From the sequence record DRR723986_4789: a stretch of DNA of 20,000 bases. One strand, given 5' to 3'. Both the position numbers and the translations under genes were made by a program. Below, one piece after another: positions 8,046 to 16,867 of the stretch (positions are counted from its first letter, which is position 1; each line of letters begins with the position of its first letter). The notes under the pieces were generated by a model. It ran no database searches. It was not told the origin of the DNA and saw only the letters and a program-made list of their open reading frames with translations.

Positions 8046-10028
8046 GTGAAGGGTCTACCGTCTTGCAAGTCCGGCACGTTCGCCGGCAGGCGTTTCAACG
8101 CATTTTCCTCATTGGCAGCCTGGTTGGCTGGCGGTGTTTCTTTTGTTGCCTTGCGCCCGGCTGGTGCTGGGTTGGCCTGTGCCCTTCTTCTTGCTGCTCC
8201 CCTTCCCGCAAATTCCTTTGAAATATTCGGCTGGAAGTTTTTCGAATCGGCGGAAGACGAAGCCAACGCCGTTCCCGATCCCCTGCCCTACGAGGCAAAC
8301 CTGACAATCTCCAATGGTGCGGATGAACTCACCAAGGAATTGAAAGACGCCTCGCTGCTGGTACAGCAACAGGAAAAGCCTCCCTCCGGCGAGGCAGGCC
8401 TGCTCGCACGCTCTCTTTCTGATCGCGAACGGCTGATCGCCCAGCTTTATGCCGATGGCCGCTACGGTGGAACTGTCGATATCACGCTTGCGGGCATTCC
8501 GCTTGAAACCGCTCTTGAACAAAGTGATTTGCCTGATGCTCGGCCGGTGAAAGTTGAGATCCTGGTCAATCCGGGGCCGGTCTTCACCTTCAGCAATATC
8601 GACGTTTCGTCCCAGGACGGCGATCTGTCCACCGACCCGTCCTTCTGGGGCCTCGCGAAAGGCGAGGTCGCTGCTTCCGGCAAGATCCTGACGGCGGAAA
8701 AGCGCATGATCGCGGTTCTGCGAGATCGCGGGTATCCGAAGGCACGGATCGCGGAACGCCGGATAACGGCGGACCATAGCACCAACACCCTCGCCGTGGC
8801 GCTGATCGCCGATGCCGGCCATCAGGCACGTTTCGGCCCGGTCTCGGTCAAAGGTACGGAAGTCACCGACCCGGATTTCGTCGTCCAGCAGGCGATGCTT
8901 CCGGTCGGAGGCGTCTATTCGCCTGAAGACCTGGCCCGTGCACGCAAACGGCTCAACGAACTCGGCATCTTCTCGTCCATCCGGCTCGTGGAAGGTGAAA
9001 TCGAAGGGCCAGACGGCACCATGCCGGTCACCATCGAGGTGAGCGAGCGCAAGCGCCACGTGATCGGTGCCGGTGCTTCCTGGTCCAGTACCGAGGGCTT
9101 TGGTGTCGAATCCTATTGGCGCAGAAGAAACCTGTTCGGCCGGGGCGAATTGCTCTCTGTTGAAGGATCCGTTGGCAGGATCGGCAACGAGAGCGTTCTC
9201 GACATGGAGTACTCGGCGCGGATCGCCTTTGAAAAGCCAGGCGTTTTCGGCCCGCTTACCAGCTTTTCGACCAGCCTGCAGGCTCGCCAGGAACATCCCG
9301 ATGCCTACAAGAGCCGGTCGATTACCTATGACGCCTATCTCAACAGGGAGTTTTCCGAGCAGCTGAAAGGCCGCGCGGGCGCGGAGGTCTTTTACGCCAA
9401 GGAAGAAGACGCCTTCGGCGAAGGCGACTACCTGCTGGTTGGACTGCCGGCGGACCTGACCTTCGACAACCGTGATGACAAGCTCAATCCGTCCAAGGGA
9501 ATTTTCGCAGCCCTGTTTGCAGAGCCCGCTTACGATACCCTGAACAGCAACGCGATGGGTTTCATCAAAGGCACTGTTTCCAGTTACTACGCGCTCGATC
9601 AGGCCAAGCGTTTCATTCTTGCGGGCCGCGTCTCCACAGGGTCGATCCTGGCGCCGTCCGTGGAATCGGTTCCCGCCAGCCGGCGGTTCATCGCCGGTGG
9701 TGGCGGGTCCATCCGCGGCTATGCCTATCGCAACGTCGGTCCACGCAAGGATGGTGAAGTTACCGGTGGACGCTCAATTATCGAGCTTTCCGGTGAAGTT
9801 CGCGTCATGGTAACCGAAACCATTGGAATCGTTGGATTTGTTGATGCAGGTAATGCATACGAAGATAGCATTCCCGATTTTTCCGAGAGCCTGAAGGTGG
9901 GCGTTGGCGCTGGTCTGCGCTACTTTACTCCAATAGGCCCGCTTCGAGTCGATGCTGCGGTGCCGCTGGATCCGGGACAGGATGACCCGGACTTCGCCCT
10001 TTATGTAGGTTTGAGCCAGGCGTTCTAA
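8046..10028 (+). CDS. tamA: Autotransporter assembly complex protein TamA (Omp85 family)
   Basis: Signal-like N-terminus, POTRA-like segments, barrel start WRRRNLFGRGE, loop motif RFIAGGGGSIRGY, C-terminal GAGLRYFTPIGPLRVD...LSQAF with terminal Phe; 5 nt upstream of tamB. The start is somewhat uncertain. Confidence 0.92.
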   Translation: MKGLPSCKSGTFAGRRFNAFSSLAAWLAGGVSFVALRPAGAGLACALLLAAPLPANSFEIFGWKFFESAEDEANAVPDPLPYEANLTISNGADELTKELKDASLLVQQQEKPPSGEAGLLARSLSDRERLIAQLYADGRYGGTVDITLAGIPLETALEQSDLPDARPVKVEILVNPGPVFTFSNIDVSSQDGDLSTDPSFWGLAKGEVAASGKILTAEKRMIAVLRDRGYPKARIAERRITADHSTNTLAVALIADAGHQARFGPVSVKGTEVTDPDFVVQQAMLPVGGVYSPEDLARARKRLNELGIFSSIRLVEGEIEGPDGTMPVTIEVSERKRHVIGAGASWSSTEGFGVESYWRRRNLFGRGELLSVEGSVGRIGNESVLDMEYSARIAFEKPGVFGPLTSFSTSLQARQEHPDAYKSRSITYDAYLNREFSEQLKGRAGAEVFYAKEEDAFGEGDYLLVGLPADLTFDNRDDKLNPSKGIFAALFAEPAYDTLNSNAMGFIKGTVSSYYALDQAKRFILAGRVSTGSILAPSVESVPASRRFIAGGGGSIRGYAYRNVGPRKDGEVTGGRSIIELSGEVRVMVTETIGIVGFVDAGNAYEDSIPDFSESLKVGVGAGLRYFTPIGPLRVDAAVPLDPGQDDPDFALYVGLSQAF

Positions 10029-10033
10029 CGCAG

Positions 10034-13000
10034 ATGCGTTTTCTGAAACTTTCCTTGCGAATCTTCGGATTCCTGATCGCGGTTGCGATTGCTGTTCCTG
10101 TCCTCGCCCTTTGTGCCCTGCAAGTGCCGGCGGGCCGCACCTTTGTGTCCAGCGTCGTCAGCACTCTTGCCTCGTCCGACAATCAGACCATCACGATCGA
10201 AGATTTGTACATCAGCTTTGGGCTGAAGGCTGAAGTCGGCAAGGTCTCCCTGGCCGACAAGGAAGGAACCTGGCTGAACGTCGAGAACATTGCCGCCGAC
10301 TGGCATCCCATGCGGCTCCTTGCCGGCAATCTCGATATTTCTTCTCTCACCGCATCCCGGATAGATCTGGAAAGAACACCTGTCCAGCCACCGGCTGAAG
10401 AGGTTGCCGCGACAGAGGAGAGCAGCTCATCGGGCGGTGTCTCGCTGCCATTTAACGTCACTCTCGAACGTCTGGGCCTTGACGAAATCAACCTCGGTGC
10501 TCCCCTGCTGGGTGTACCTGTCTCCCTGACGGCCGCAGGATCAGGCTCTTTCGCGCTCGACCCGGCGCTTGTAACTGCCGATCTCGACCTGCACCGGATC
10601 GACGGCATAGAAGCCGGTCTTGTGGCCAAGGCACAGTTTGAACCCGCCGCCGAAACGCTTGCCTTCGATATTGAAGTGTCCGAACCGCGCGGGGGCCTTG
10701 CCGCACGGCTTCTTGAAGTTCCCGACCTGCCCGCGCTGGATCTGTCTCTCAAAGGTGATGGTCCCCTGACCGACTGGGCAGCCAACCTGAGTGTGGCTCT
10801 CGATGGCAGGACCACCGTCACCGGTTCGGCAAAAATCGAGGAAAATGCATCCGAACGGCATCTGGCCTTCGATCTGGACGGCGATCTCGCGCCGCTTGCA
10901 CCTCCCGCGGCACAAGCCTTTCTGCTCGGAACGACAAATGCCAAAGGAGCTGCCAGGTTCTCTACGGAGTTCGCCCCTCTTTCGGCCAACCTGACCTTGA
11001 AAACACAAACACTTTCTCTGGAAGCAAAGGCCGATCTTGAGAACGATGCCGTCAACGCCACGGCGGATCTTGCCGTAAGTGCCGGGAATGACGCGCTGAT
11101 TGCGCTCGACCTTGGCGAGAGGCGCATTGCCTTTGGTCCGTTGACCGGAACGGTACGCGTTTCCGGACAACGCTCCTCGGTCGACTGGCAAACCAAGATT
11201 GACCTGAAGTCACTGCAGACAACGGAAGCCAGGACTGGAGCCATCACGCTGTCGTCCTTCGGAAATGGAGCAGATCTCTCCGAAGGAACGCTGACGTCAC
11301 CCTTCTCGTTGTCGCTCGCCATTGACAGGCTGGAAGGCATTACCCCGCAAACAGAGCCTTTGACCGGTTCGCTTGAATTGAAGGCTACGGGCGCCGTGAA
11401 CGGCTCAACCCAATCGGCCGAGATCAAGGATCTGACCCTTTCAACCGCTGTCGCCTCGCTTGCTCTGTCGGACACGAACCTGTCAGCCGACGCTGTCAAC
11501 GGATCGGGCAGGCTTTCGCTCGCCGACCTTTCCCGTCTGTCGGGCCTGGCAGGCCGCGATCTGGCCGGTGCTTTGAACGGAACATTTTCGCTGGATCTTG
11601 ATCCAAGCCAACTGTCGGGCACGATCACCAGCGCTCTCGTCACCAGGGATGTCGGGACGGCAGTTCCTCAGGCCGACGCGCTTCTTGAAGGTGAAACACG
11701 CATCGACGTGTCTGTCGATCTTCAAGGAGTGGACGATATTTCCGTCACCAGTCTCGCGGTTACGAACAAGGCGCTGGATGCGAAAGGGAATGCCCGTTAC
11801 CGGCAGAACGAACTCAGTTCCAGCCTGACGACCAGCCTTACCGATCTCGCAAAGGTCGATCCGCAACTTGCCGGCTCGCTGGAACTCGAAGCGAGCACGG
11901 AAGGTCCGATCGACGCGCTTGAAGTGCAGGCGGTTGCCTCTTCAAAGCAGATCATGCTTGCAGGCACACCACTGGATGACTTGAAACTTTCTGCAGAGGC
12001 AACGGCCAATCCCGCCGCGCCTACAGCCAAGATTACCAGCAGCGCCAGCCTGAACGGCCAACCCATTGCCGTTGATGTCGAGCTTACCAGCAAGGACGGT
12101 GGGGCAAGTGTCAGCCCGCTTTCCGTCAAACTGGCGGGCAACACCGTGACCGGTGAACTTTCTCTGACAGATCTCGACAAGCCTGTTGAAACGCTCAAGG
12201 GCACGTTGAACATCGATGCTCCGGACCTTGCCTCGCTCTCTCCTCTCCTTCTGACGGAAATCGCCGGACGTATTCAAGGCACCGTGACAGCCAATCCGGA
12301 AACGCGGCAACTCGCACTTGACGTTACCGGAAGCGATATCAGCGTGCCCGCAGTCAGTCTCGGCAGCGTGAAGCTTAAGGCCAATCTTACTGCCCCATAC
12401 GAGCCAGAGACCGTTACTGCGGACATTCAGCTTTCAGACATCCTGACAGATGCGACCCCGGTTCATGCGGTGAGCCTTCAGGCCCAGCCTCAAAATGGCG
12501 GCACCGCAATCACGGCGGACGTCAAGCTGGACAAGAACGGCAAGGATGGCGTGACGCTTGCAGCGCAGGTGAACGAACCGGAAGCTGGCTCCTACGTCGT
12601 CGCCCTGTCCGAGCTTGCCATGCGATATCAGGGTATCGCCAGCCAGTTGAAGCAGCCGACAACCATTTCCTATGCGGCCGGTGAAGCGACGATCGAACCA
12701 CTGGAGCTTCAGCTTGGCAATGGCTCGCTTGCGGTGTCCGGCAAGGCCGGCGAGACGCTTGACCTGAACGCCAACCTGACATCCATTCCGCTCAATCTTG
12801 CCAACGCCTTTGTCCCCTCGCTTGGTCTCGGTGGTGCTCTTTCCGGGAAAGTGTCTGCCACAGGTAGCTCATCGGCTCCCGAAGCGACCTGGTCGATCTC
12901 CGGAACAGGTCTGACGGCTAACGAATTGCGAAACAACGGTCTGGCCGCGCTCAGTCTGTCGACCTCAGGTACATTGAAGGACAACCGGATCGACCAGACG

Positions 13001-14380
13001 ACCAAGGTCAGCGATCCGAATGGACTGAACCTCACGGCTGCGGGAACGGTCGGGCTGCAGAAACCCAATCCGATTGCTCTAACCCTGAATGGCAACGTGC
13101 CGACGGCAGCTCTCAGACGCCCCATGATCGAGGCAGGTTTGCGCGGTGAAGGCACAATCGCCCTGAGCGGCAATGTCGGCGGTTCGGCGGCAGCCCCCAC
13201 TTACCAGATCACCGCTACGCCCAACGGTTTGAAGATCACCAGCCTGTCGACAGGTATCACTGTTCAGAACATTCGCGGCACGGCTTCTGTCAGCCAGAAC
13301 GAAGCGTCGCTGAACGGCATTGCCGGTGACCTTGCGACGGGCGGCTCCATGTCTGCGTCAGGTACTGTTGGCATGAAGGACGGTTTTCCGGCGGATCTCA
13401 GCCTGAAACTGGACAATGGGCGCTACGTCGATCCTGGCCTGGTGACTGCGGAAGTGGATGCGGATCTCAAGGTTTCCGGTCCGCTTGCTTCCACCAGCGC
13501 ATCTGCCCTTATCAGCGGGCAGGTATCGATCAACAAGGCGGACGTCTCAATTCCCGAGTATCTGCCCGGTGCGATACCTCCCGTTGATGTTCGGCATATC
13601 AATGCTTCCAAGGCGATCCAGCAGCAGGTTGCAGAACTTGGTGGCGAAGTCTCCCAAACACAGACCCAGCAAAAGACCTTCCCGCCGCGTCTGGACATCA
13701 TCCTGTCCGCACCGGGACGGATCTTCATTCGCGGTCGTGGTCTTGATGCGGAACTACAGGGCGATCTCAAGATCGTCGGCACAACGGCCTCGCCGCAGGC
13801 AATCGGTGCTTTCGGACTGAAGCGTGGCCAGCTCGACATTCTCACACGCCGCCTGATCTTCTCTCGCGGCAACGCCACTTTCGAGGGCTCACTGACGCCT
13901 GTCCTCGACTTTGCGGCAACGACAGTCGTGAGCGACACCACCATCACCGTTACCGTGAGCGGCGAGGCAGACGATCCCCAGATCGCGTTCTCCTCGTCCC
14001 CCGAACTTCCGCAAGATGAAGTTCTGGCACTGCTTCTGTTCGGCAAGAGCGTCGGCAACCTGTCGCCCACACAGGTGGCACGGCTTGCGGCGGCCATAGC
14101 CACGCTCACCGGGGGCAGCGACAACGGACCGCTTGCCACGATCCGGAAATCTCTGGGCCTGGATGCCATCGACATCAACACGGACGGGGACAACGGCCCT
14201 TCTGTCGCTGTCGGCAAATACATCAATGACAACATCTACGTCGGCGTTGAACAAGGCACGGGTACCGGTTCCAGCCGGGTGAAGGTCGACATTGATCTGG
14301 ACCGCGGACTGAAGGTCCGTGGTGAAGTCGGTGCGGACGGATCTTCTAAGGCCGGTATCTTTTTTGAACGCGAGTATTGA
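10034..14380 (+). CDS. tamB: Translocation and assembly module protein TamB (AsmA-like, C-terminal DUF490)
   Basis: 1448 aa, single N-terminal hydrophobic anchor, long beta-rich body, C-terminal IFIRGRGLDAEL, FSSSPELPQDEVLALLLFG, VGKYINDNIYVGVEQ, GIFFEREY; directly follows tamA. Confidence 0.93.
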   Translation: MRFLKLSLRIFGFLIAVAIAVPVLALCALQVPAGRTFVSSVVSTLASSDNQTITIEDLYISFGLKAEVGKVSLADKEGTWLNVENIAADWHPMRLLAGNLDISSLTASRIDLERTPVQPPAEEVAATEESSSSGGVSLPFNVTLERLGLDEINLGAPLLGVPVSLTAAGSGSFALDPALVTADLDLHRIDGIEAGLVAKAQFEPAAETLAFDIEVSEPRGGLAARLLEVPDLPALDLSLKGDGPLTDWAANLSVALDGRTTVTGSAKIEENASERHLAFDLDGDLAPLAPPAAQAFLLGTTNAKGAARFSTEFAPLSANLTLKTQTLSLEAKADLENDAVNATADLAVSAGNDALIALDLGERRIAFGPLTGTVRVSGQRSSVDWQTKIDLKSLQTTEARTGAITLSSFGNGADLSEGTLTSPFSLSLAIDRLEGITPQTEPLTGSLELKATGAVNGSTQSAEIKDLTLSTAVASLALSDTNLSADAVNGSGRLSLADLSRLSGLAGRDLAGALNGTFSLDLDPSQLSGTITSALVTRDVGTAVPQADALLEGETRIDVSVDLQGVDDISVTSLAVTNKALDAKGNARYRQNELSSSLTTSLTDLAKVDPQLAGSLELEASTEGPIDALEVQAVASSKQIMLAGTPLDDLKLSAEATANPAAPTAKITSSASLNGQPIAVDVELTSKDGGASVSPLSVKLAGNTVTGELSLTDLDKPVETLKGTLNIDAPDLASLSPLLLTEIAGRIQGTVTANPETRQLALDVTGSDISVPAVSLGSVKLKANLTAPYEPETVTADIQLSDILTDATPVHAVSLQAQPQNGGTAITADVKLDKNGKDGVTLAAQVNEPEAGSYVVALSELAMRYQGIASQLKQPTTISYAAGEATIEPLELQLGNGSLAVSGKAGETLDLNANLTSIPLNLANAFVPSLGLGGALSGKVSATGSSSAPEATWSISGTGLTANELRNNGLAALSLSTSGTLKDNRIDQTTKVSDPNGLNLTAAGTVGLQKPNPIALTLNGNVPTAALRRPMIEAGLRGEGTIALSGNVGGSAAAPTYQITATPNGLKITSLSTGITVQNIRGTASVSQNEASLNGIAGDLATGGSMSASGTVGMKDGFPADLSLKLDNGRYVDPGLVTAEVDADLKVSGPLASTSASALISGQVSINKADVSIPEYLPGAIPPVDVRHINASKAIQQQVAELGGEVSQTQTQQKTFPPRLDIILSAPGRIFIRGRGLDAELQGDLKIVGTTASPQAIGAFGLKRGQLDILTRRLIFSRGNATFEGSLTPVLDFAATTVVSDTTITVTVSGEADDPQIAFSSSPELPQDEVLALLLFGKSVGNLSPTQVARLAAAIATLTGGSDNGPLATIRKSLGLDAIDINTDGDNGPSVAVGKYINDNIYVGVEQGTGTGSSRVKVDIDLDRGLKVRGEVGADGSSKAGIFFEREY

Positions 14381-14598
14381 GCCCACTCCCGTTCCCGGCA
14401 AATCTGACAGGGGCGAAGCGTGTAGCCGCCGCTGGAAACCGCGATTGCGACAAATTGCCCGCCAACGGTTGCGGTGCACTCGTGTCTCGTGCGAGTGTGC
14501 CCGCCATGACCAAACAATTTATGAGAAATACTCCGTCCCATCCGGAGGAAACCGTTTTTTCGGTGACGGAGACAGCCGTGAATGACGGGGGTGCAATC

Positions 14599-14949
14599 AT
14601 GTCGGTGAACAGCAGTGACTACACTCTGGGTGAACGGATCTGCAAGGCGCGCGATGCCTCCAATCTTTCGACCGCCCAGCTTGCACGTCGGCTGGGCATC
14701 AAGACATCCACCCTGCAGAGCTGGGAAAGCGACCGGTCCGAGCCGCGTTCCAACAAGCTCGTTTTGCTTGCCGGTATCTTGAATGTAAGCCCGACGTGGC
14801 TGCTGGTTGGCCGGGGGACACCGCCGGTTTCGGAAAGCAGCACGACCTCCGATCTCGACAGCATGCGTGTTGCCCTCGACAGGGTTCAACGCCAGGCTCA
14901 GGCACTTGCCGACGAGATTGCCACGCTACAGGATCGTCTTGAAGGCTGA
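14599..14949 (+). CDS. XRE-family helix-turn-helix protein with C-terminal coiled-coil-like segment, about 116 aa
   Basis: TLGERICKARDASNLSTAQLARRLGIKTSTLQSWESDRSEPRSNKLVLLAGILNVSPTWLLVG is a Cro/CI-type HTH. Heptad-like tail LDSMRVALDRVQRQAQALADEIATLQDRL. ATG 14599 follows GGGGGTG; upstream starts are possible. Confidence 0.85.
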   Translation: MSVNSSDYTLGERICKARDASNLSTAQLARRLGIKTSTLQSWESDRSEPRSNKLVLLAGILNVSPTWLLVGRGTPPVSESSTTSDLDSMRVALDRVQRQAQALADEIATLQDRLEG

Positions 14950-14980
14950 TCCATTTCGCTGACCGACCAATCTTCTTGTG

Positions 14981-15009
14981 ACGGCCGCCAATAAAAAGGT
15001 GGCCGTTTT
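14981..15009 (+). terminator. Probable intrinsic terminator after the XRE gene
   Basis: ACGGCCGCC-aataaaaa-GGTGGCCGT stem (one G-U pair) followed by a short T run, about 30 nt after the stop codon. Confidence 0.5.
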
Positions 15010-15186
15010 CAATCGCTTGATTTGCTTGGCTCAAAATTCTGCAAAGCAAGGGGACTGGCGTCCTTCGGCGCAGACGTTAAGTGGATCATCCGCATCCCCG
15101 CCCCTATTGGGTCGCCAGACCGTGGCCTGACTGCTTGTTTGTCTGCCTACTATTTTCCGGCACAGTACGCTTGGCCGGGAAAAGCG

Positions 15187-15216
15187 CTTGCCAGACCTCG
15201 CGTCTCCCCCCTATCT
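15187..15216 (+). promoter_or_regulatory. Candidate sigma70 promoter for gabD
   Basis: CTTGCC-N18-CTATCT resembles the rhizobial RpoD consensus CTTGAC-N17-CTATAT, about 160 nt upstream of the gabD ATG. Confidence 0.35.
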
Positions 15217-15375
15217 CTAGGTCAACGATTTCCTGGCCGGAATCGAGCGAAGGCCCGAAAGCTGGACCCACCAGCCTTTCTGGCTCCGCCCCTCGCGTTC
15301 GTCAGAATGCACTCTCTGCCGGGCGATCCGTCAGACCACCAGCGTCTGCCCCTCTCACGGTTCAGGAAACTACCC

Positions 15376-16833
15376 ATGTCATTGAATGCTGCACTCTTGA
15401 AGGAAAAAGTGTTTATCGGCGGAGCATGGAGCGACGCGGACAGCGGACAGACCGTCGCCGTAACCAACCCTGCGACCGGAGAGACGATCGGAACCGTTCC
15501 CTTCTGCGGGCGTCCTGAAACCGCAAGGGCGATTGCGGCTGCCGAGGCCGCGCTTCCCGCCTGGAAAGCGTTGACGGCAGAGGCGCGGGCCAACCACATG
15601 CACGCTCTCTGCGATGCCATCATGGCCGACCTTGACGACCTGGCCGCCCTCCTGACCACGGAAATGGGCAAGCCGCTTGCAGAAGCCAAAGGCGAGATCG
15701 CGCTTGGAGTGAAATATATCCGTTTCTTTGCCGAGGAAGGCAAACGGGTTTATGGCGACACCATCCCCTCGCCGTGGGCAGACCGCCGCATTCTGGTGAC
15801 CAAAGAACCTGTCGGGGTCGTCGGCTCGATCACTCCCTGGAATTTTCCGAATTCGATGATTGCCCGCAAGCTCGGCGCAGCCCTGGCCTCTGGTTGCACG
15901 ATGGTGATGAAGCCTGCAGAATTCACCCCTTATTCAGCGCTGGTCTACGGCGTGATGGCGGAAAAGGCCGGTCTTCCCAAGGGCGTGATCAACATCATCA
16001 CAGGTGACGCTCCGGCGATTGGCGAGGAGATGTGCGAGAACCCCGTCCTGCGGAAACTGACGTTCACCGGTTCAACCCGAGTCGGCAAGCTGCTGGCCGG
16101 GAATGCTGGCCGCAACATGAAGAAGATCTCCATGGAGCTCGGCGGCAACGCACCCTTTATCGTTTTCGACGATGCCGACCTCGACAAGGCCGTCGAAGGG
16201 GCAATCGCCAGCAAGTTCCGCAACTCCGGACAGACCTGTGTCTGTGCCAACAGGCTCTATGTGCAGGCAGGCGTCTACGACGCTTTTGCCCAGAAGCTTA
16301 AGGACGCGATGGCAGCGCAGCTGAAGGTCGGCAACGGTCTTGAAGCCGGAACGACCCAAGGCCCGCTGATCAACGAAGCTGCTGTCGAAAAGGTCGCCGA
16401 TCACGTGCAGGATGCGCTGTCCAAGGGTGGTGAATTGATTGTAGGCGGACACCGCCCCAACGGCCCGGGAACGTTTTTCGAGCCGACACTGATCACCAAG
16501 GCGACGTCCGAGATGAAAGTAGCGCGCGAAGAAACCTTTGGCCCACTTGCCGTTCTGTTCAGGTTCGACACCGAAGAAGAAGCGGTGCGACTTGCCAATG
16601 ACACCGAATTCGGTCTCGCCTGCTACTTCTATACCAAGGATCTTGGCCGCACCTTCCGCGTCATGGAACAGCTTCAGTATGGTCTTGTCGGGGTCAACGA
16701 AGGTGTCATTACGACGGAGGTTGCTCCCTTTGGCGGCGTCAAGGACAGCGGCATGGGCAACGAAGGCTCGAAGTACGGTCTGGACGATTATCTGAACGTG
16801 AAATACAGCTGCATCGGCGGCCTCGGCATGTAA
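15376..16833 (+). CDS. gabD: NAD(P)-dependent succinate-semialdehyde dehydrogenase, about 485 aa
   Basis: ITPWNFP, KPAEFTP, FTGST, MELGGNAP, KFRNSGQTCVCANR, EETFGP, PFGGVKDSGMG. Start moved to ATG 15376 (MSLNAALLKEKVFIGG) after AGGAAA. Confidence 0.93.
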   Translation: MSLNAALLKEKVFIGGAWSDADSGQTVAVTNPATGETIGTVPFCGRPETARAIAAAEAALPAWKALTAEARANHMHALCDAIMADLDDLAALLTTEMGKPLAEAKGEIALGVKYIRFFAEEGKRVYGDTIPSPWADRRILVTKEPVGVVGSITPWNFPNSMIARKLGAALASGCTMVMKPAEFTPYSALVYGVMAEKAGLPKGVINIITGDAPAIGEEMCENPVLRKLTFTGSTRVGKLLAGNAGRNMKKISMELGGNAPFIVFDDADLDKAVEGAIASKFRNSGQTCVCANRLYVQAGVYDAFAQKLKDAMAAQLKVGNGLEAGTTQGPLINEAAVEKVADHVQDALSKGGELIVGGHRPNGPGTFFEPTLITKATSEMKVAREETFGPLAVLFRFDTEEEAVRLANDTEFGLACYFYTKDLGRTFRVMEQLQYGLVGVNEGVITTEVAPFGGVKDSGMGNEGSKYGLDDYLNVKYSCIGGLGM

Positions 16834-16840
16834 TTGCCTT

Positions 16841-16867
16841 TGCGTCCCGGCCCAACGCCGGGACGCA
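16841..16867. terminator. Hairpin between convergent genes, likely a shared terminator
   Basis: Perfect 11-bp stem TGCGTCCCGGC-ccaac-GCCGGGACGCA occupying most of the 34-nt gap between the gabD stop and the EAL gene stop; U-tracts are weak. Confidence 0.6.

Noticed and set aside
14377..14598. 74-aa N-terminal extension of the XRE protein from a TTG overlapping the tamB stop
   Set aside because: The HTH begins right after ATG 14599, which has an SD-like sequence; the extension has no recognisable features, though a somewhat earlier start cannot be excluded.
8109..14889. Long antisense ORFs (395, 486, 270, 217 aa) over tamA, tamB and the XRE gene
   Set aside because: They mirror the codon bias of the sense genes and show no domain signatures.
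15022..15375. 118-aa N-terminal extension of GabD
   Set aside because: Pro/Arg-rich with no aldehyde dehydrogenase similarity; ATG 15376 has an RBS and gives the normal length of about 485 aa.
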